Part shown: in pieces, positions 58,079 to 64,000 of the stretch | Layout of the letters: the number at the start of each line of letters is the position of its first letter | Numbering within the stretch: the first letter of the stretch is position 1 | Assembly: GCA_037445875.1 (NCBI GenBank) | Contig: JBBIJR010000002.1 | Location: 4,336 to 68,335, forward strand | Length of the DNA: 64,000 bases | Source of the DNA: Bacteroidota bacterium | GTDB lineage: Bacteria; CLD3; SB21 | Direction: 5' to 3' | Program-made: the position numbers and the translations under genes | The notes under the pieces: model-generated | The model's input: the letters and a program-made list of their open reading frames with translations, nothing else | What the model was told of the DNA's origin: nothing | The model's database searches: none

Positions 58079-59190
58079 ATGAAAAGAATGTTCTGGTTCT
58101 TTGCAGCGGTGACCTGTGCACAATGCGTAAACGCCCAGTCCTCGGGATGGGTGGTGTTGCCGAGTGGAACGACGAATCCGCTGATGTCGGTGTATTTTGT
58201 CGATGCAGACACGGGATATGCGGTCGGGGAAGATGAAAACGAAATAAGCGCTCCCATTCTCAAGACAACGGATGGAGGTGCCAACTGGTTTACTCAGCCG
58301 GCAAGCGCTACCAGGCTGTATTCCGTGTTCTTCGTTGATGCGCAGACGGGCTTCGCCGCAGGCAGCAGTGACGATGCGGGAGTCGTACTGAAGACGACCA
58401 ACGGAGGACAGAGTTGGTCAATGCAAATCATCGTGACGGATATGGGCCTTACCTCCGTTTATTTCACCGGGGCCAGCACAGGCTTCACGGCGGACGGCGA
58501 CGGAAGAATTTACAAAACGACCGATAGCGGCGCCAATTGGTTTGAGGTGCCCAGCGGGGCCATTGAAGTTCTGGCGTCCATCCACTTCGCGAATCCTACC
58601 ATTGGCTACGCGGCCGGTGAGGCAGGAGACGTTCGAAAGACGACGAACGGGGGATCGAACTGGTTCGGGCTCACCAGCGGCACGACCAACTGGCTGAGTG
58701 CGGTCTATTTTGTGGCAGGTCTTGCATCCGGCAGTGGCGGTGCGATCCTCAAAACGACCGACGGAGGAAATACCTGGTTCAGCCAGAGTAGCGGGACTTC
58801 CAGCTGGCTCAGGTCCGTGTTCTTTGTCGATGCCACCACGGGTTATGCGGTGGGAGATGACGGTGTGATCCTCAAGACGACCACCGGAGGCGTGGCAGCG
58901 ATCGACGACAAAGGCAGCGCTGCGAAACCGGTCGTGGAGCTTCGCCAGAACTATCCCAATCCCTTCAATTCGCGAGCGTCGATTTCTTTTGTGTTCCTGT
59001 TCAATCCGAGGTCATGCTAGAGGTACATAATACGCTGGGTCAGGAAGTGACGACGTTGGTGTCGGGCCGGCTGAATGCTGGTGAGCATACGATCTTCTGG
59101 GAAGCGGAGAATGTGCCGTCGGGAGTGTATTTGTATCGGCTGGAGGTTGGAGGATATAGCGAAACAAAAAAACTCATGCTTCTCAAATAG
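58079..59190 (+). pseudogene. Ycf48-like BNR-repeat T9SS cargo gene interrupted by a frameshift in a T-run (pseudogene or assembly error)
   Basis: BNR repeats TTDGGANW/TTNGGQSW/TTDSGANW/TTNGGSNW/TTDGGNTW; T9SS CTD begins NYPNPFNSRASISF then shifts frame at tttt (58987-58990); the rest of the CTD (EVHNTLGQEVTTLVSG…GVYLYRLEVGGYSETKKLMLLK) is in the +1 frame to 59190. Confidence 0.6.
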
Positions 59191-59233
59191 AACCGGGACC
59201 GCGCCGCAATCAAAGACCAAAGAGGAGACATCC

Positions 59234-59815
59234 ATGTTTCCAAAGCTCGTTATCGTTGTCTTATGGGTCCTCGTTCTCAATGCGCGTTTTCTCCACACGC
59301 AATCGACCGTTGAGTTTGAAGCATCCGCCGATACGGCCGGGAGCGGGCTCTGCTTTCGTGGTAGACCCATGCCCACGTGCCGGTCGTTCTTTGTTATCGA
59401 AGGTGGAGGCTATACACGATTGGCGGCGGGACACAACCACCTGGACAGGAGCCTCATCTCCGTGGACGGCGGGATGATGTGGAACCTCTCCGACCGGTCG
59501 GCTCTCGGATTGACCCTACTCATCGGAAGCGGGATGGCACGCATGGGCTTCCGGGCACGATACCGGTATTGGTACAAGCCGCGGTTAAGCTCCGACCTGT
59601 CCGTGGGCATCGTGGACTACAGAGATGCGGGGATGGTATCGGATGTATCGCTTAATCTGCGCGACCAGGCAGCGGTCGTGTTGCGGGCGGAGTATTTCCC
59701 GAAAAGCCGCTCGGCGCTCATGGCCGGTGCACGCCTGGGATCGGGCGGTGCCTTGATCGGCGCGGTCCTGATCGGCCTCGGGGCCCTGATACTGTCGCCG
59801 CTGGCGTCGATATGA
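59234..59815 (+). CDS. Hypothetical secreted protein
   Basis: Signal peptide MFPKLVIVVLWVLVLNARFLHTQS; 193 aa. Confidence 0.45.
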   Translation: MFPKLVIVVLWVLVLNARFLHTQSTVEFEASADTAGSGLCFRGRPMPTCRSFFVIEGGGYTRLAAGHNHLDRSLISVDGGMMWNLSDRSALGLTLLIGSGMARMGFRARYRYWYKPRLSSDLSVGIVDYRDAGMVSDVSLNLRDQAAVVLRAEYFPKSRSALMAGARLGSGGALIGAVLIGLGALILSPLASI

Positions 59816-59896
59816 AGGAGTCCACCACATTCGAGATCTTGCATACTTCCCCGGCAGGCCATACATTCTTGCACACCTTTTGGAGAAAGAACGACC

Positions 59897-60484
59897 ATGG
59901 CCCGCACGTATTCGACCATGCTTCCGCTCGGCACACCTGCTCCCGCTTTCAGTCTGCCCGACGTCGTCTCAGGCCAGACGGTCACACTCGACGACTTCAA
60001 AGACCGTAAAGCATTGTTGGTCATGTTCCTCTGCCGCCATTGCCCCTACGTGAAACACGTCGAACGGGAACTGGCCCGTATCGGCAGGGAATACGCGGCA
60101 AAGGACGTCGGCATGGTGGCCATCGGTTCCAACGATGCCGCCGTTTATCCGGAAGACGCTCCGGCGAGTCTGATGGAGATGGCAGAGGAACTGCACTTCA
60201 CTTTTCCTTATTGCTACGATGAGAGCCAGGAGGTCGCGAAATCATACACCGCCGCATGTACGCCGGATTTCTTCCTGTTCGACAGGAACAGACGTCTGGT
60301 CTATCGCGGCCAGCTCGACGATAGCCGTCCCGGCAACGACATTCCGGTGGCCGGACGGGATCTTCGTGCGGCACTTGATGCCGTGCTGGCGGACCAACCT
60401 GTCCCGGCGCAGCAGAGGCCGAGCATGGGCTGCAATATCAAATGGAAACGGGGCAATGAGCCCGAATTTTTCAAAGGCGGATGA
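59897..60484 (+). CDS. Thioredoxin-fold protein (AhpC/TSA/redoxin-like, CxxC)
   Basis: ALLVMFLCRHCPYV with CRHC active site. Confidence 0.8.
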   Translation: MARTYSTMLPLGTPAPAFSLPDVVSGQTVTLDDFKDRKALLVMFLCRHCPYVKHVERELARIGREYAAKDVGMVAIGSNDAAVYPEDAPASLMEMAEELHFTFPYCYDESQEVAKSYTAACTPDFFLFDRNRRLVYRGQLDDSRPGNDIPVAGRDLRAALDAVLADQPVPAQQRPSMGCNIKWKRGNEPEFFKGG

Positions 60485-60994
60485 CTCACCGTATCATCCG
60501 TCCGTGTTTGACCGTGATTCCGGCCTGTTGCGTAGTTCCCATTCCAAGCTGTGCGGAACGTACGGACAAAGCCGGTCGGGCTCGATCGCATGATCCACCG
60601 CAATCGCCATCCCTCATTTCAATAAGATCGCTTTGCGGGTTTGATGATGGGCGCCCGCCCTCAAGCGATAGATGTAGCAGCCCGAGCCACGGCTTCTTCC
60701 CGTCCAAACCTGTCGGGAAGGTGCGGCCGGGATGCCCATTATCCAGGCGTTCACGTGGGGAGGCCGCGATTCACGATCAGGAGATGGTTTTGTGTGGGTT
60801 TTGCAGGGAGCGGTCGTGACGGTTCCCTTCACGGCACCGCAATCACCATCCCATCACAACGACCGTCCCCGTGCCATGCCATGCTGTCGGGCTGTTGACT
60901 ATGGTGAGGCGAGGGCGTACATTCATTCGGATGCAGTCGGATGAGTTGACTGGACACTGCATCGATTCGGCGAAGCCGACGAACGGGCCGTCTC

Positions 60995-63900
60995 ATGAAC
61001 CGGGAAGAAGCCGAATATCATCCGACGCTGGAGGTGGAAGCACCCGGCCTGGATGTGGTAATACGCTCCATTGCCGAGCAGTTCAAGGTCGTGATGGGCA
61101 AGCCGGAGCGCGTGGCGGAAGGGTGCAATCTCCTCAAGTTCCGGCTGTCCCATCCCCCTAACGCCTCCCAAACCGATCCCCTTCAGGTCCTCCTTCCCCT
61201 GCTCGCCGAGCACTCGTGGCCGCTGGCCGAGCCGCTCTTCGACTTGTTCGAAGAAGTGGCCCGCACCTCGCACGATCCGTGGCCGTTCCTCCAGGGTCTT
61301 CTCGCCTCGGCCGACGACGATGGTGCGCGGCGCTCGCTCGATCTGCTTCTCGAACGCATTCACGACGGCGGCCTTGGCGTCGATCGGCGGATGATCCGCT
61401 ATCTGGCGGACCTCTGCGAAATCCCGGGAAAGCCGATCGGCCGGGCCGATAGACTGCCCGGTCTTGCGAGTATCGTTCGCAGTTTTTCGTCCGCCGAAAC
61501 GACCTTTGCAACGGATCCGGCGCTCGCGCTTTTTCTCACCGAACAGGCGGGCAGTGTGCGACGCCTGGCCGCGCGGATACTCGACCTGGATGGCGAACCC
61601 GTCTCGATGGGGCGCGCCGAGCGTATCCTCGGGCAGGAGGCGTTGGTGTTCCTGGCCCCTTATCTCGCGTACACCCGCACGACGCATCTCGATCTACTTT
61701 CCATGCTGCCGTGGCCGGGGGAAATTCCGCCTTTCCTCCCGTCCCTGCGTTCGGCGGAGGCCGTGCTGGGCGAGGCCCTGCTGCGCGAGATCATTGCCGA
61801 TCTGGGTTGGTCGCGCATCAACCTGGGTCTCGACGTCCGGCCCTGTACGCGTGTCACCGTCGGCAACTTGCTGCCTCTTTTTCTGTCACCGTCAGAAGCG
61901 GCGCTGTTCGAGCGTTGCGGCTCCGCACGCCGCTCCGGCGACTCGTTCCTCGTCGTGGCCCACGGCACCGCCCCGTCGGAGGGCCGCGAGACGACACGAC
62001 TGACCGATCCGGCCACCCGGTTCCGGAATTACAACCTCGCCCATGCGGAAGTGCTGGGGGACTTCCTCGCCGTGGAGCCGCTCACGCGGGCAAAAGTTCG
62101 TCTGATGCTCGAGCGTATGGACCGCATTGTGGAGGATTTCACGGCCCTGTTTGCGGACTTCAGCGAGGAATGTTCGATCCTTCCGGCCGTTTACGGCGAA
62201 TTGAAACGCCGCATCGAAGCCGCCCTGTCCGAACAGGCCGATGAGGGCCCATTGTCGGCGGAATTGACGCGTCTGGTAATGACCTTCGAGGACCCGCCGT
62301 CGCTCGGACGCACGCAGACGCTGCACGGGCTGAAGCGATACCTGCACCAGAAAGGCCTTCAGCTGGGCTTCAAACTCGTCCTGCGGAGCCGCTCCACCAA
62401 CCGGACAGTCGATCTCGTGCTGGCCTCGAAGGAACGAATACTGCACAAACTGCAGAATATCCGTTACTCCGATTTCGAACCTGAAGACGAATCGGGAGGA
62501 CGGTCCACGCGGATGCCGTATGCGGTTGCCCTCGCCGTGGACAGCCTGGGCGTGCAGATGTTATACGGGCAGGAGTCTTTTCCGCGCCTCGATATCTTTT
62601 GCTACGGCAGCGAAGTGCATTACTACCTTGCATTCGGGAACCACCCGGCCTTTCTGCGCATCAACTTCGCTCCGCCGCTGCAGGGCGGCATGATCGACCT
62701 CGAGTACTACGGCGTCAGCAAGTACGAGCTCTCGGTGCACCCGGACCTTTCGCTGGATGCCCTGCGCCGGTTCTTTCAGCGTCTCGAGTTCGACATTCAA
62801 ATCGACAACACCCGCGTGCGCGCACGGTACGATAAGGAACAGGCCCACGACCTCGGCAGCCTGCGCGACCGGGCGGCGTGGCTGTTCTGTCTCGCACCTT
62901 ATCTGCTGGAAATCGACTGGACCATCGGCGGTCTGGCGCTGCCGGCGGAGGCGCGACGCGCCGTTGCGGACGCGTGGGCGGAGACGTTTGCCTCGTGGGG
63001 CGTGCTGCCTCTCCGGTATCTGCTCACGGAGGACCGTCAGGGCATCGTGGAATCGGTCGAGCCGACCGCTGTGGGAAAACGCGAAGTTACCTGGTCCGGC
63101 ATCGGCCCGTATCGCGGCCGATTCGCGGGTGGCTTTCCTGCCGATTTCCTGGCGCGGTTGTCCGAGGAACTGGAACGACTTGGCATTGGTTTTCCCGAGA
63201 GCCGGTCGGATGCGGGTTTCGGCCGACTGCAGCTCGAACGCCGGCTCCTTGAGCCCCTGCGCCAGGCAGTCCGTGGAGGCGAATTGCAGGAAACGGCGGA
63301 CGGATTTGTGCGAACGCCCGAAATCGTTCAGCGAGTGCACGAGGCGGAACTCTTTGCAGAACTCCTCGGGGAGGACGACTCCGTCGTTCGGTCGGCGGCT
63401 GAAGTGGCCGCCGTCGTATCACCGCTGGAACGGATTCTACAATTCACCACCACCGGCAGTGTGCTCGGCTATGACGTTCAGTCCGCGCGGTTGCCCCTGA
63501 AGGGAGAGACCCTGGGCATTTATGTCCTGCGCGGGGCGGCGAACATGGTCCGCCTCGCTTTAGTGGCCCGAGGTGCGGCGCTCTTCCGCCGTCGTGCGGA
63601 CCGGGGCGAGGAGTGGGTATCCAATGAGATGCGCGGCGCCGGTGAACTTGCTGCCCTGTTGCGAGCGGCGCACTATCCCGTGCCCGGACTCGAACAATTG
63701 CCGCATGTTTTCGATGCCGACGTGCAGCGGCTCCGAAGAGATCTGGTCGAAGCCCATCCGGCCCAACCCCGGAAACCCGTCCCCGGAGAACGAATCGTCC
63801 ACGGGCTCCGGGCGTCACCGGGACGGGTTGTCGGCCGGGTGATCTTTGGAACGGCCGGCCATTCGCCGGACGAATTCGACGACGCCGTGCTGGTGGCCGC

Positions 63901-64000
63901 CTCCATCCGTCCGGAGGACAACGCGTACCTCTATCATGCAGGCGGAATCGTATCGACGGGTGGGGGCATCCTCAGCCACGCGGGCCTGCTCGCCACGCAG
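60995..64000 (+). CDS. Large protein (>1000 aa, 3' partial) ending in a PEP-utilising-enzyme swivel (phosphohistidine) domain; N-terminal ~930 aa unrecognised
   Basis: Absent from the ORF track because it has no stop within the window. Frame-2 reading from ATG 60995 is open to 64000. Last residues …GRVIFGTAGHSPDEFDDAVLVAASIRPEDNAYLYHAGGIVSTGGGILSHAGLLATQ match the mobile His-domain signature G-G-x-x-S-H-A. Confidence 0.6.
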   Translation, partial: MNREEAEYHPTLEVEAPGLDVVIRSIAEQFKVVMGKPERVAEGCNLLKFRLSHPPNASQTDPLQVLLPLLAEHSWPLAEPLFDLFEEVARTSHDPWPFLQGLLASADDDGARRSLDLLLERIHDGGLGVDRRMIRYLADLCEIPGKPIGRADRLPGLASIVRSFSSAETTFATDPALALFLTEQAGSVRRLAARILDLDGEPVSMGRAERILGQEALVFLAPYLAYTRTTHLDLLSMLPWPGEIPPFLPSLRSAEAVLGEALLREIIADLGWSRINLGLDVRPCTRVTVGNLLPLFLSPSEAALFERCGSARRSGDSFLVVAHGTAPSEGRETTRLTDPATRFRNYNLAHAEVLGDFLAVEPLTRAKVRLMLERMDRIVEDFTALFADFSEECSILPAVYGELKRRIEAALSEQADEGPLSAELTRLVMTFEDPPSLGRTQTLHGLKRYLHQKGLQLGFKLVLRSRSTNRTVDLVLASKERILHKLQNIRYSDFEPEDESGGRSTRMPYAVALAVDSLGVQMLYGQESFPRLDIFCYGSEVHYYLAFGNHPAFLRINFAPPLQGGMIDLEYYGVSKYELSVHPDLSLDALRRFFQRLEFDIQIDNTRVRARYDKEQAHDLGSLRDRAAWLFCLAPYLLEIDWTIGGLALPAEARRAVADAWAETFASWGVLPLRYLLTEDRQGIVESVEPTAVGKREVTWSGIGPYRGRFAGGFPADFLARLSEELERLGIGFPESRSDAGFGRLQLERRLLEPLRQAVRGGELQETADGFVRTPEIVQRVHEAELFAELLGEDDSVVRSAAEVAAVVSPLERILQFTTTGSVLGYDVQSARLPLKGETLGIYVLRGAANMVRLALVARGAALFRRRADRGEEWVSNEMRGAGELAALLRAAHYPVPGLEQLPHVFDADVQRLRRDLVEAHPAQPRKPVPGERIVHGLRASPGRVVGRVIFGTAGHSPDEFDDAVLVAASIRPEDNAYLYHAGGIVSTGGGILSHAGLLATQ

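Noticed and set aside
60923-61687. 254-aa minus-strand ORF at the 61 kb locus
   Set aside because: Lies antisense within the much longer open plus-strand frame (60995-64000) that encodes a recognisable PEP-utiliser swivel domain; composition is Arg-rich antisense-type.

Overview
This is a high-GC (about 60-65 %) bacterial chromosomal segment. Several proteins end in type-IX-secretion C-terminal sorting domains (NYPNPFNP…GVYFYRL), and there are TonB-dependent receptor and Y_Y_Y-propeller hybrid sensor genes, so it is most likely from the FCB group (Bacteroidota/Ignavibacteriota/Rhodothermota-like), probably a metagenome-assembled genome. Most of the window is a housekeeping backbone: GGDEF fragment, tRNA-Lys, sppA, family-4 UDG, holA, ECF sigma, moaC, CPBP protease, YraN, PBP4, ftsB, eno, polyprenyl synthase, ppk1, amidase and FAD-oxidase genes, in tightly packed and often 4-bp-overlapping operons. 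Interspersed are accessory islets of lower GC: a Uma2 nuclease, a VapBC pair, and a DUF4143 AAA ATPase. There is also a candidate restriction-modification (RM)-like pair: a beta-class N6/N4 DNA methyltransferase whose target-recognition segment has sharply lower GC, followed by a GIY-YIG/DUF4357-like nuclease. Many intergenic regions carry GC-rich hairpin-forming dispersed repeats of at least four families, found at 16.9, 20.0-21.0, 30.7-31.0, 37.3, 43.7, 47.4 and 50.2 kb. Two genes (an outer-membrane beta-barrel and a Ycf48-like T9SS cargo gene) are interrupted by frameshifts inside A/T homopolymers, which are either pseudogenes or assembly errors. An unannotated ORF of more than 1000 aa (60995 to the window end) ends in a PEP-utilising-enzyme swivel phosphohistidine motif but has no recognisable ATP-grasp N-terminus. 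No CRISPR array, reverse transcriptase, transposase or integrase was recognised. All calls rest on motif recognition by eye, and no database search was possible.
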